The translations under genes were made by a program, and so were the position numbers. From Entomortierella parvispora E1425 (Eukaryota > Fungi > Mortierellomycota), in the NCBI GenBank assembly GCA_020891255.1, contig BQFW01000005.1, forward strand, positions 1,426,001 to 1,490,000: a DNA stretch of 64,000 nt. The letters run 5' to 3'. This document shows positions 36,351-48,607 of the stretch, piece by piece (the stretch's first letter is position 1; every line of letters begins with the position of its first letter). A model generated the notes under the pieces. The model did not search any database. It saw only the letters and a list, made by a program, of their open reading frames with translations, and was not told where the DNA came from.

Positions 36351-37207
36351 CCTTCCTCAGAGGAATGGCGACGTGGATCTCTTGGTGCCAAGATTGTGGA
36401 GTGCATACAGGTAGAGCATGACATTCAATCACACAAGATACGCCAGGGCAAAAGCACAAAATGAAGTGGTACGCATAATTCTAAAATAAGTGTTCGCGAC
36501 AAAGCGCGTCCCAAGCATTACAGAAGCGCAAAAAAAAATTAGTGTCACGGTTCGAAGTTAGTGGCAACGCATCAAGTTGGTGGCGATGTGTGCGCCTGCT
36601 CTGTCGTTTCCAGTTCTCTGAATGACAAAATAACCATTGCGAGCCTTTGCAGAGACCCATTGTTTTCGCAGAGGTGCCTTGTGGCATGACCTACGCTATC
36701 ATGGACCCAGACTGGGCTTGAACAGCTTCCACAAGCTCTTTGCAAGGCCTCAACTTGTCCTTAGCCTGTGTGTCTTGTTGGCGTGTGATATGCACTATAC
36801 AAAACGCTCGTTTGTAATAGTTCCAAGGTAGATCATATGGACCTTTACAATGGCTTCATGGGAAGGCGTAGAAGGGCAAATAAATTTGGCCGGGGCGAAT
36901 CTGCTTATCGCCCAGAAGGGACCAATCCTCAAAACCGTGTTTAACCTTAGGGACCATCCCTGTCAATGACGCTTTTCGCTATAATGCCCTCTATGCTATG
37001 CCGACACAAAGTCTACCTTTGCTTAGAGTCATAGGAATACAGCCCCATTGGAGTATGATGATCCCCAATCCTATCGAGATAGTCAAACGCTCAGGGTATT
37101 GGCAGAAATACCGTAAGCGTGCTGTTAAAGTTTATTACAACTACAAGGGTTGTGCTAGACAGTCTTTGGACTCATAAGAGCAACGCTGGAAACACCGTGC
37201 CCAGCAC

Positions 37208-37519
37208 TTAGTTGTAGTAGCAGTAGAAGGTGGAGGTCTTGTCGTTGTAGTTCTGGTCATTCAAGTTGTAAGCGGGACCCGAAATGATAGGACCAGCACC
37301 AGTGCAGTTGTCAGATTCGTAAAGCACGCAGCGAATCGATCCAAAGATATCCGCAGAGGAGATCGAGTTCTTGTAGCCTCCGACACTATAGCAAACGCGG
37401 ACATCGCCGGCCCAGATGATGCAGCTGCCGCCAAAGTTGCTGTCAGTGCAGGTCTTCATCAGGTTGACGGCCGAGCCAACAGCAGCAAAAACAGAGGCAA
37501 CCAAGAAAGATTTCAACAT
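37208..37519 (-). CDS. Small secreted beta/gamma-crystallin-domain protein
   Basis: Signal peptide followed by two Greek-key motifs (TDSNFGGSC...NSISS; YESDNCTG...NDKTST) and six Cys. 5'-UTR intron 37616..37521 (GTAAGG/GCTAAC/TATAG) and TATAAAG at about 37720. Confidence 0.8.
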   Translation of the reverse strand: MLKSFLVASVFAAVGSAVNLMKTCTDSNFGGSCIIWAGDVRVCYSVGGYKNSISSADIFGSIRCVLYESDNCTGAGPIISGPAYNLNDQNYNDKTSTFYCYYN

Positions 37520-38929
37520 TCTATAAAGGATCTAAGGTTAGCATGGTGAATAGGACCTTCGCGAGCAAATGCAGCCAGTGGCTGTATTTTGAGAGAGCGT
37601 TGACTTGCGGCCTTACGTGAGTTTGGCTTGGTGTTCTTGGAGTGGGGGTTGTGACGGGACTTGAGTCTTGAGATAGGACAGGGGGTGTGCGTTGCAAGAT
37701 GTTAGGAATGCGGCCTCTTTATAAACTTGAACAGGGCTGAGAAAAATAAAACAAGTCGAGTTATTCTCAATGTCCTGGTCTGGGTGCTCTTCTTGTGCGC
37801 AGCTAACCGCTGTCTCCAAATACTTTCTTACCGGGGGGGCACTGTCCAGGATATCTTGCTGTCTGGGTAATTGGGGCATGGACCAGGCGCACTGTCCATA
37901 TACAACGGAGTGTTTTCTCAGCGTGCTCAAAAGCTCAAAATCCTGGATTGCATGATCTGTTTTTCTTTCAAAGTGATCTGAACCATACACAATCTATTCC
38001 GCATGCACTTCGCCCAACGGCATTCCGCATATCCAAGCGGTTCCCACGCCAAACCACCTCCAAACGGCTCCCACACCGACATGTGTTAAATGACTCTCTT
38101 CCGAGCCGTTGTGTCAAATCTGGATTTTACAGTCATTGGCACCCGCAACAGCGATCGATAATCTGCGCCCCCATCCGAGCTCCATCACTTCCCCTTGCTA
38201 AGCCCCGTCCCTCACTTGCGAACCATCTATCACATCTTCTGATTTCTAATTACACATGCATGCACTCCACCTGGTACACTCTCCAAGGAACTCGTGTGTG
38301 TGGGCCAATCACAAATCCCTGTGCTATGAACGTTGGAAAAGTTTGCGTTACACGAAATGCGAAAAGTTTGCATTTTTGTAAAAACCCTGGGAAACCAGAA
38401 ATGATCGAGCCTTCCATTTTTACAGTTCGATGATGCGGGCTAGGACTGAGGGTTTGCTACTGAATTTCTGCATACATTGTAGTCATAGTAAGTCGGCTTA
38501 TCAAGAATATATGCAGCTCGAGTAGGATTGGGCCGAAGGACCCGGACCATCCACGGTGGGATATCGGATACTAAAGCCAACAATCCGAACACTCCATCTG
38601 TTCCCTTTAGAAAAAGGACAGAGGCGAGCGAAGTATCGGTGAGCTATTCAGGTAAAAGTCGCCCGACGGTTCAAGATGGATCTTGGAGACGTAACTTTTC
38701 TCAACATCATTTTGACAGCGACAGTTTTTCTGAGTGCATATTTGGACTCAGATGCTGCGCGCGAGTGCCTAACATGTCATTTTGAAAAAAAAATGAAAGG
38801 ATCGGGGAACTAGGGCTGGGGCAGGATGTAACTCCTTATATAACCCCTCTTTTCCTCCCTTCCTTCATCCATTTCATCGCTAAAGTACTCAACCGGACTT
38901 CTCAACTCTCTCACAACCCATCTCCAAAC

Positions 38930-39139
38930 ATGTTTGCCCGCACCTGCCTCACCTACGTTGCCATTGCCGCCGTTGCCTTAATCTCCATGGCCAGCGCTGC
39001 ACCCACCGATCCCGCACCCGAGGTTACCTACGTCGATGCCATTCCTCAGGAGTTGAGCGGTCCCGACTTCCTTCCTGTCCCCAAGGAGTTGTTTCCCTTG
39101 TGCTGCATCCACAAGATCACCGAATGCTGTTTGTTGTAG
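38930..39139 (+). CDS. Small secreted precursor peptide with C-terminal CC-x6-CC motif
   Basis: Signal peptide, acidic/Pro-rich pro-region, then LCCIHKITECCLL. TATATAA at 38837 and a pyrimidine-rich leader. Confidence 0.8.
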   Translation: MFARTCLTYVAIAAVALISMASAAPTDPAPEVTYVDAIPQELSGPDFLPVPKELFPLCCIHKITECCLL

Positions 39140-39797
39140 TGAACTTTAGATTATCAAACAAAGGATGACGGTAGCCTAGGTTAATACATCCCTGCTTTTT
39201 CTTCTCAGTCTAATTAAACGAAGCGAAGTAACTGAAGCCCATCACGATGTTCTTGCCAGTCTACCTGAATGGCGTCGCTATCTTCCTTTCTCCTGCATTT
39301 CTTCACATAGGCATATAATGTTATTGTGGCGCATTCTTTGTTCCAAACGAGCATAAACACACCTCGCCATAAGCAGTGGTTGCTAGAGCTAACTCACAAC
39401 AGACATCACTGGAGATAGCCTCTCAGTTGAATTTTCGAACAGCACCTGGAGGATCTGAATCAGACCACCACACGAAATACACATGGAAGCCGATAGGGGA
39501 AGCAGTTTGAGTTCGGCCACTGGCTCAAGGTCGTCACATTTGGTGCCTTTGTCATCTGCCACAATGAAAAGGAATGCCTGCACAGTGGGTCCTCTTTTTG
39601 GGTTGAATGAATTTTCGACCGCCTATGCTGGCCAGCAGAATCAGGCCAAGAGATCACCACTGCAGATAATGAAGTATAGTTACGGCCTGTTTCAAGGTTT
39701 AGGAAGGAACACGCAGGGAGTGGTGACCAGATAAAAATACAGGTTTATTCATGGCAGTAGAACAATGTCAGACTGCGCAGATATCAGGACCTTATTG

Positions 39798-40343
39798 TTA
39801 TTGCACCATGGCCACTCCCAGAGACTCAAGTCGCGGTTTGAGATCATGCTTGGTGTCGAGTGCCAACAGATTGTCCTGTCCTCCGATGGACTCGCCATCA
39901 AAAAAGATGGAGGGAAAAGTAGAGTGGCCCTTGGTGATCTTTGTCAGAATTGTTTTGATTTCTCCAGCCTTGGATTCCAAGTCCACTTCCAGGACTTTGA
40001 AGTCACTGGTGTAGGATCCCAGCAGCCTCTTTGCAGCGGCAGAATAAGGACAGTACGACTTGGAGAAGACCATGACATGGTTGGTATCAATCAGATTCTG
40101 GATCCTTTTCTCCAGCGCAGTGTATGGATCTTCTTTGTTTGCTCCACCGGAAAGAGGAGAGGAGGACTCATCCATGAGTCTATCCTCAGCATCGAGGTCG
40201 AGAGACGGTGAGGAGATGCGGACAAGAAGGACATATGAAAAGAGGAGACAGCCAACGAGAAAGAACACTGCACGCATACGACGGGATCGCATGATGGCCG
40301 AGATGACCGAAACAGGCTTCGGTTTTGTGGAAAGGGAATCCAT
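39798..40343 (-). CDS. Membrane-anchored monothiol glutaredoxin (CPYS; Grx6/7-like)
   Basis: N-terminal transmembrane segment, VMVFSKSYCPYS, STFPSIFFDGESIGGQDNL. ATG at 40343. Confidence 0.9.
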   Translation of the reverse strand: MDSLSTKPKPVSVISAIMRSRRMRAVFFLVGCLLFSYVLLVRISSPSLDLDAEDRLMDESSSPLSGGANKEDPYTALEKRIQNLIDTNHVMVFSKSYCPYSAAAKRLLGSYTSDFKVLEVDLESKAGEIKTILTKITKGHSTFPSIFFDGESIGGQDNLLALDTKHDLKPRLESLGVAMVQ

Positions 40344-40590
40344 GGTGGAGATGTCGGTGAGAGACTTATGACAAATGTTGAGGAGGAAGAGGAGAATAAG
40401 GAAGAGGATGTTCTTGCGAAATGTATTGAAGCGCAAGACATGCATGCAAGCATGCAACAGGAAGTCACAAACGCCACCATTCGATTTTAAATGGCGCGAA
40501 GACATGCATCTCTCTTCTCCACTTTCCCCTTCACCTCCCTTGCCCGCTCTCTCTCACTCTCTGTCCTTACGCGTCCCCAAGTCACCCATC

Positions 40591-42033
40591 ATGGAGTTCC
40601 CGACCGTTGGCGCACATTGCGCGCAGCCCTCGTGCCAATCGCTCTCATTTCTCCCGCACCAGTGCTCGTTCTGCCACGCGAGCTTCTGCTCTGCTCACCG
40701 ACTACCGACCGACCATGAGTGTGGGCCATGGTCGGCCCTCTCTCACGCTGCCTCTATCCAGGTTTGTTCCACCTGTGAGCAAATGCTATGGACCCCTAAG
40801 GGAAAGGATCCCCAGGCAATTGTAAGGCATATAGCAAAGAACCTGCTGCTGTTAAACTGCTCTTCCTTGGACGCTTTCTCACAGATCCTAAACCCTCTTC
40901 ATGATTGCCCCATTGAGTAGCTTAAGGACCATTTGGCAAGCGGCTGCAAGGTTAATCTAATGCCTGCGATCGAATCGATCACCGTGCCCTGTGCCTTGGA
41001 AGGCTGCAAAAAACGTGATCGCGTCGTTTCGACCTGCCCTGACTGCCAACTCACCTTTTGTCTTGGACACCGACACCCTTCCGATCACCGTTGCTCCCAC
41101 CTGGACACTTTAAAATTGCAAGCAGAGGAAGAAAAGGAGAACAGGCAACGGATACGTGAATCCATCGCAAAGAAATTTAGAGCTACCAACGCTGCTACGT
41201 CTTCAAGCACAACACCTGTCGCACGCTCCAAGGAAGATGAGGACAGTAGGCAGGCCGCCACCAAAGCCAAAGCAGAGGCTGCCAAGGCCGCCATCGCGGC
41301 TGCAAAATTGAAAGTCGCGGCTAGAAATCAATCGGCCAATGCATCTGCGAATGCCACCTTGAGGGATACAGCCTCACCTGCACAACCGGCCACTTCCAAC
41401 ACTAAACCACCTATCAAGAGGGCGTCTCGCGTTGTATCTCTTTTAAAGCTTAGAAAGATAGCTCAAGTACAGTTTTTGCAGTTGAAAATTATGAGTGCCA
41501 AACTATTCAAGCCGAGCCCCTGTTACTTACCACCCGCCTGTCTCATCATATAGGGTGAAGACAAGATCCCTGTGAGCTCAAGGATATATGTTTACATCCG
41601 ATCTCCTTTGTTTCCACAGCTGAATGATAAAGCAGTCTACGTTGATAGGGTAGAGTATGATCTCGCAAAAAGAAATAGGGTACAGTAATAGACATTTCTC
41701 TAACTAAACCTATTTGTGTAGACATGGACTGTAGGCAGAGCCGTGGATAAGATCATCGAGTGGCTTAAAATTAGTCCGCCAGCCAACGAGCCTTTCCAAC
41801 CCCAAAAGGTAGGTTGACCTGAGCCTGAGTGCCCAATGAACGCATCCTTCACTACCAAGATTGCAATTAACACGCTTGTCCTGCTTTCACAGCGCTTTAG
41901 TATCTTTCATGCCAAAGAGATCGAAGATAGCCCTACACTTCTTGCCATGTCAGACAGAATCCAACAGCTGACCTCCGTAGAAAATGGAGATGTATTTTTA
42001 TTGACAACAGCGGACTGGGACTTCGCAGCCTAG
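40591..42033 (+). CDS. CUZ1: AN1-type zinc finger protein with C-terminal ubiquitin-like region (ZFAND1/Cuz1)
   Basis: Two AN1 fingers (GAHC...C...FLPHQC..C...FC..HR...DHEC; C....C......CPDCQLTFCLGHRHPSDHRC). Four GT-AG introns; stop at 42031-42033. Confidence 0.85.
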
Positions 42034-42067
42034 AATGAGTAAATTGCGGACCAAATATATTTTCAAT

Positions 42068-43388
42068 CTACAACGCGCCCTTCACAACAAGAACCACTGG
42101 GACATGGTCACTTGCACCGTACACCTTCTCTCTGATAACACTCTCGACCACTCTATCCTTCATCATATCCTTATCTGTAACAAAGTAATCTAACCTCCAG
42201 CCAATACCTTTGACTCTGCATTGGAATCGGTACGAAAAGTACGTATACTGGCCTGCAGCTTCTTCTCCCTCTCCTTGGATCTCACGGAATGTATCCACGA
42301 GTCCAACCTCATCCAAAATGGCTTGGAATCCCGCTCTCTCCTCCTTCGTAAATCCAGCTGACATTGTGTTGGTGCTAGGATTACGAAGGTCGATGGGCTT
42401 GTGGCAGACATTGAGATCCCCCGTCCAGATGATTTGCTTGCCCTTCTCTTTGAGCTGAAGCAGCCAGGCCTTCATGGCAACATCCCATACCATACGCTCC
42501 TTCAACCTCACAAGACCTTGACCCGCGTTAGGGACATAACAGCCGAGAAGATAGCAGGTTGGAAACTCCAGAGTCACAATGCGACCTTTGGTCACACTGG
42601 GATTTGGGTGTGTCGGCAACCCAGCCGTTACAGACAGCGGCTTGGTTTTGCTAAACATGGCAACGCCAGCATATCCTTTCGTCTCCTCAAAGCCCCACCA
42701 ACTGAAAGGATAGACAGTTGGATCCAGCAGATTCATGGGAGTAACGTTCATCTTGTGCTCCTGCAAACAGACCACATCTGCATCTTCAGCTTTGATGTAG
42801 GACTTGAATCCCTAGAGGTGCAAAAGAAGCGCTGCTGTATCAGTGGCTGAAATACATCCCATTGGACATTTGGGTCATCGTGGCTTTCGGTTTACTTTTT
42901 TCAGGGAGGCATTCAGGCCGCTGACGTTCCAAGACGAGATCTTGATGCAGCCTTCTGGTGTCTTTGGCAGAACCAGTGGATCAGGCATGGTCGTGTTGGT
43001 AAAAGAACCTTCTCGGATGGGAACCTTCGCAGTGCTTCCCTTCTTGACCAGCGCTGGCTTTTTTGTCACTACAGTTTCAGCAGTAACCTCGGTCTCCACT
43101 GTCACCGAACCAGCAGCTTCATCAGTGGAGCCACTGGTAGTAGTCGTCGTTGTCGAGGTTGTCTTTCTCTTCTTCGCGCCTATTTATTATTTATAAAAAG
43201 TAATGGGACATCAGCTGCGAAGGAAAAGCAAGAGAGTAAATTCATTGCGCGAATAAGATTCAGACGCGAAAACACTTTTTACCGATGCCAAATTCCCTTT
43301 CGACGCTGGTCACGACAGATTTCAAGACATCCTTGATGAGGGGATTGTTGTTGAGGACATCCCTCTGTGTGGCGGTGCGCTTTGTCAT
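42068..43388 (-). CDS. APE1: AP endonuclease, exonuclease III/APE1 family
   Basis: SWNVSGL, CLQEHK, YVPNAG, GDLNVCH, GWRLDYF and SDHVPV catalytic motifs; two introns. Confidence 0.92.
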
Positions 43389-43750
43389 GGTGATGTAGGG
43401 CGAGGAGGAAAAGGAAGACGAGGGAAATGAAGAGGAGAGGAGCGAAGGAGGACAGAGGAAGGATGCAGGAATGGGACGGGAACGGGAACGAGACAAGGGC
43501 AGGGCGACTATTGGTGGCAACAGGCGGCAAAAGAAGCTTTTTCTCATCGTGCTGGGACGGTGCAAGTGCAGTGCAGACGAGGAAGAGACACGGCGAGACA
43601 GACAGACAGACAAAGGACCCTAACACACACGTCCTGCCTGGGACAGTCCACAGTCACATCACTTTGTTTCTGTTTTGAACTCTTGCGTAGCAAGTGCAAG
43701 GTCGTCGCCCAAGGCTGCATCCCATTCCGCCACCCCCCCTCTGCCTCGCA

Positions 43751-46176
43751 ATGTCTGCATCTGATCTTGCCGCCGTGTTGCTCGATCTCGCCAATGGCCG
43801 CACCGAGACCGACCCGCGCCTGGAGGCTGTCGCAAAGAGACTGCAAACAGACGCTGACTTTCGGTAATTTTTTCTAATTTTCTTTTGCTTGGAGAACGCA
43901 CCTTTCGGATCACGACCAAGCGCAAGCACTCACTCTCTCTGCTGCTTCATGACACTCACTTCTAAGAGTTGAAGTTGGAGATATGAAGTCTGTCTGGACC
44001 GATCTATCGGATCTATTAGCCAAGGTTGTGTCCAATGGCCTCAACCCCGAACAGGTCGAGCAACTCATGTTTCTCTTTAGGATTGTGCGCAACACCGCTG
44101 CGAATGCTCCTTTAAATCAGGACCGGGCAAGGTAAGCCTTGTCAACCTGGTATCTATGAATTGGGGACGAGGCCTTGACTAACAGAGCATTGCTCTGATC
44201 TGTCCTTGTGGAAAATATAGAGTAGCAGGCATCCCTGGAAGAATTCAAGAAATCGTTTCTCAAGCTGCCCACACCCACTATGGCAACATGGAATGTTAGT
44301 TGCACTTTAGAACTTCTTGACAGCACTGATACCTTCTTAGCGACGGGATCTAACTAGTCTATCTTATAGATATCATGATGCTGCGCGCGGGTGTTCAGGC
44401 GTTGTCAAATCTTTTAACCGGGAATGAAGCGTCCAAGAATTGGATTTGGAAATCACTTCTTGTTCAGGGACCGAGCCCAAGTTGCGATCATAATTTACTC
44501 AGGTAAAGCATCCTCATGCTTTGGCAAAGAGTCATAGTAGCATCACCCCAGCTGTCTCCAAGCTAACTAGTTTATTATCTAATAGTACACTCGCTGCGGT
44601 TGAGGACGAGACTATCGTCTTAAGCACCGTTCTACTTTGCTACAACTGCGTCTACAAATCACCTGAGCGGAGGTAACTTTACTTGATTATTAGAACACTG
44701 CTTGGATAGAAAACGTGGACCCTAAACACTCTCCGTCTCTTGGGTTTATAGCCAAACACTGCTATCGACATCCCCAGGGCGAAATTTGATCAGGCAGCTC
44801 CTCAACGAATCGCAGGCAACTAGCTCCCTTGAAGAACGAAAGAGCTTCGAGATGATCTATACGTTTTTCAACCACCTCATCGGTCAGGACTACTTTCAAC
44901 AGCTCTTCGACGCTGTGGCCATCCACGAAGGTGACGAGGATGGCAGTATTCGATATCATGGAGAAGGGTTCCATAAAGAAGAGCATCCATTGCCAAACAT
45001 TCAGGGTCTTCGGATAGAGGAAATCAAGGACGAGGATGAAGACTCCACTTCAACTGAGAGCGGCAGCAGCAAAAATCCACGGCAACCTTATATCTGCCCC
45101 GAGCAAGTGATCCTTCTCAAATTCATTGACTCGAGAGTGTACACTCATCATCAGCAACAGCAGGATTCCGACGTGGACCAGCATGAGCCAGCTGTCAGTC
45201 TGGAAACAGTTGGATTCCTCACTGAAGTCTTTGGCAATGTCTCAAAGTTGACAATTCAAGTGCTGCAAACATTGGATCTGCCTGGAGTCGGACAACATAG
45301 CGTGGAGGACCTTTCCAACCTCTCTGCAGCCGTGACACTGCTGTTGGGCTGCTTTTCTCATCTGTGTTTGTATGATGACGGTCAGATTGACGGAGCATCG
45401 GCTGTTGGCACCAACGATGACAACCATGGGGATGTTGATGGCGCAGAGAAACCAGGACGGTTATTGCCTGTGCCAGATTGGTTCAAAGCCCAGCATATGG
45501 CTATTGTCAAAGGAGAGCTTGTGGAGAACGCGATAGGTAAGAGAGGCGGCTATGGTGGAGTATATTTACACAGCAAGTGAAGAGATGGCTAAATTTGTGT
45601 TTTGCATGCTTAGAACTTCTTCGACAAGCAGACAAGAGCCTTGCCAGAGTGACAAAACCTGCCACATCTCAACCTACTTCAAACAACGGAGTCGGTGCCA
45701 ATTCAGACTCGACCCTCCTGTCGAACACTTCAACTCTCGAAGGCCAGCAATCCTTTTTCGTGGGTTTGAAGCGAGATATTGTACGTGTTGTTGGAAATCT
45801 GGCTTATTGTTCTCGTCATGTCCAGGACCGAATCCGCGCATGCAATGGCCTTATTGTGATGCTGAGTCAGTGTAACATTGACGATGCCAACCCTTGTAAG
45901 TGGCGAGACAGATATGAACGTATTCAGGACAGTCATGATTTTGTAACTGACAACGCATTGCTGCGGATGATATGAATAGACCTTCGGGAGTACGCGATCC
46001 TGGCGATGAAGAATATCTTGACGGGCAACGCTGAGAACCAGGCATTGATTGAAGAACTGCAACCTATTGAGGCTGTGGATCACCCAGCCTTGCAGGAAGC
46101 ACGTGTGACAGCGCGCTTGGACGCGAAGACTGGACGACCAGTGCTTTCGCAGGATAAGCGAAGGGGCACAAAGTGA
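43751..46176 (+). CDS. ATXN10: Ataxin-10 (Ctr86) family ARM-repeat protein, multi-exon
   Basis: C-terminal domain GLKRDIVRVVGNL...VQDRIRACNGLIVMLSQCNIDDANP|YLREYAILAMKNILTGNAENQALIEEL. Confidence 0.88.
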
Positions 46177-48607
46177 TGCCATAATTATTAAACACGCAGT
46201 CGCGTCTGGGAGTTTTTTTTTTTACGTTTTCGGTGGAATGTATTGGAGAGCGGGAAAGAAGAGCAGACAGACTCGTCTTATCCTCATTGCACACTTCCTT
46301 CGCTCCGTTACTGCCTCCATCCCGTCCTCATCCCCCGTCTCTTGCTCTGATTTGCAAGCAGAGTCTTCGTTGCTGCCACCATCATCACCACTACCATCCT
46401 TACACCTCCGCACCACCGTACCTCCAATGAGGAGCGCAGTGTTGCCAGTGTTCTAACGAGCAATGGCCATGCTACCCCAACATGGCCTTCGTCAGCGATC
46501 CTGATCGGCCCTTTTTGTACATGTCGTCTTCCCAAACACCTGAAAACCAATCAGATCTCTCACTCCATTCACGCGTCCTTTAAGCGATGGCGATTGATCA
46601 GAATGCCATCCTACTTCTGCATTCTCCACATTCGGCAGGGTTGTCTTCATTGTTTCGGACCTTGACACTGCATCCTCATTAAACCTCTTCTTTTGGGTGC
46701 CCTTGAGGGGACATCTCTGCAAGATTTTTTTTCGGTGGAACACGTAAGTAAAGCCTTCTATCCCTTTTTCAACGCTGCTATTCAGCCCGACTGACCGCGA
46801 TTCTCACTTGTTTGTACGCGTTTTCTAGGTGCAAGATCTAGTCGCGGTCCCCCATTTTAATCTGCGGCGAATACTTGTGTCGGCATGCCCAAGCATCCAG
46901 GGACAGAAGTAAGGGCCTGATTTGTCATTTTTAGCCAAACAAGCATGAGAAGCCCCTTTTCTCATCGCCGTCGTCCGTCCTACTGTGTTGTTAAATAGTT
47001 GAATCTGGCAGGAGGAAGGAAGGGGCCATCATTTTTTTTCTAGTTTTGAATTTTTCCTTTAGCCGCCATCTTTATCCTTCTTCAATTCGGGAAGCAGGTA
47101 GCTGGTGCATCGACAAGGATGGCCACAATAACCTGCCACCCTTCATCCAGAGCATCCTCCATCATCCGCGGGCGATTGGGGCGGATCTGGAGAGATTGGA
47201 ACTGGGAAGGCAACTCGTCTTTTTTTTTTTTGTTTTACTTTCCTTCTTTATTTTGATGTTTTGTTCCCATTTTTCAAATTTTCTGTCCATCCTCAACTTC
47301 TTGCAATAATCGGCTCCTGGTCGAACTTTTCTCTTTGTTTTTCTTTGTGTTTCCAGTCTTGTGGTATGACACACATCTTGCCTGTGTCACCGCCGTGAGC
47401 TGCATACTTTTTTTTTCTTATTTTTGCTAGACAAACGTCTGCAGATGGCCCCTGTTGAAGGTGGAAGGGTGCAGCTTTTTTTAAATTGGTGGCGTATCCT
47501 GTTGTTTATTTTTCAAGTGCATTGACAGTGATCGCCACATATTTTCCAGCTGGACACAAACGCGATGTGTTTGTGTTACAGCTCGTGGTCAGTATTAAGG
47601 TCGCCCGCCGGCCTACTGGATCCTGCTTTTCCTTTACAATTTTTTATTGACCTCCATCTAGGTTTCCTTTGAAAGAGGTTCAGAACTGGGAAAGCACCAA
47701 CCCGCTGGTTTTTTTTTTTTTTTTTCTTTTTTTTACATATTTTTTCAGCTCTCGTACTCAACTCTTTATACACACTGTTCACGGCACATTGTGGTACTCC
47801 CCTTTTGCTGTTTTTTTATACTTTACTTTTGACAAGGAAACAAATGAGAAGTAAATGGTTTCCCTTAAGAAAAACACACAAAAGATCTCAGAATGCGTCA
47901 ACAATTTCAACATCGGATCGTCTCCAAGTCGTTTATTTTTTCTGGACGCGCATTTTCCACGATTAGAGCCCGACGCGCTCCAAGTCAAGCTACCTTCTTG
48001 AAGGTTGGTCAACCTATCATCCTGAAGTCGAGACACTAAGCCTTAATGGGAGCCGCAAAGAGCCTGCTGGACGGCGTCTCCACAGATGTTGCTTCGATTC
48101 AGGTTGACTTCAGTCTTTTTGTAAATTAAATAAAGGTAGAAATGCTCACTCCTGGATGCATTTTTCCGTTTATAACCTCTATTCAAGGGGGAGTATACAG
48201 GTCCGGCAGCACTCAATTTCCACGCGATGGCAGTAGATGCGGCAAGAAGAAGAAGGGTAAGAGCTCTCATGCAGGCACCATCACACGAAGTACCCTGGCA
48301 CCTCTCATCATTCCCGGTCCTCGAGATTCCCTCGGTCGCTTCATCTCCAGCCCGTCTATGCAGAGAGGCACTGGCAGAGCATGCCCACTCGCAGTACGAC
48401 CCAGACACTCCACGACCCCCCCTCCCCTCCCCCCACCGGGAACAAAGGCTCACGCTTGCTGAAGGATTAGCCAACCAAAATATCAACACCAGCCCTCCAT
48501 CATCCTTGGACTCAGACCACACCAACGAGTCTCCCATCGACGAAGATACGTTTGCTGTTCGATCAGGTTAATGACCGTCTCATTTTAATCACAATGTCTT
48601 TGGATAT

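Noticed and set aside
37613-37990. 125-aa minus-strand ORF
   Set aside because: It spans the TATA box and 5' UTR of the crystallin gene and has no recognisable motif.
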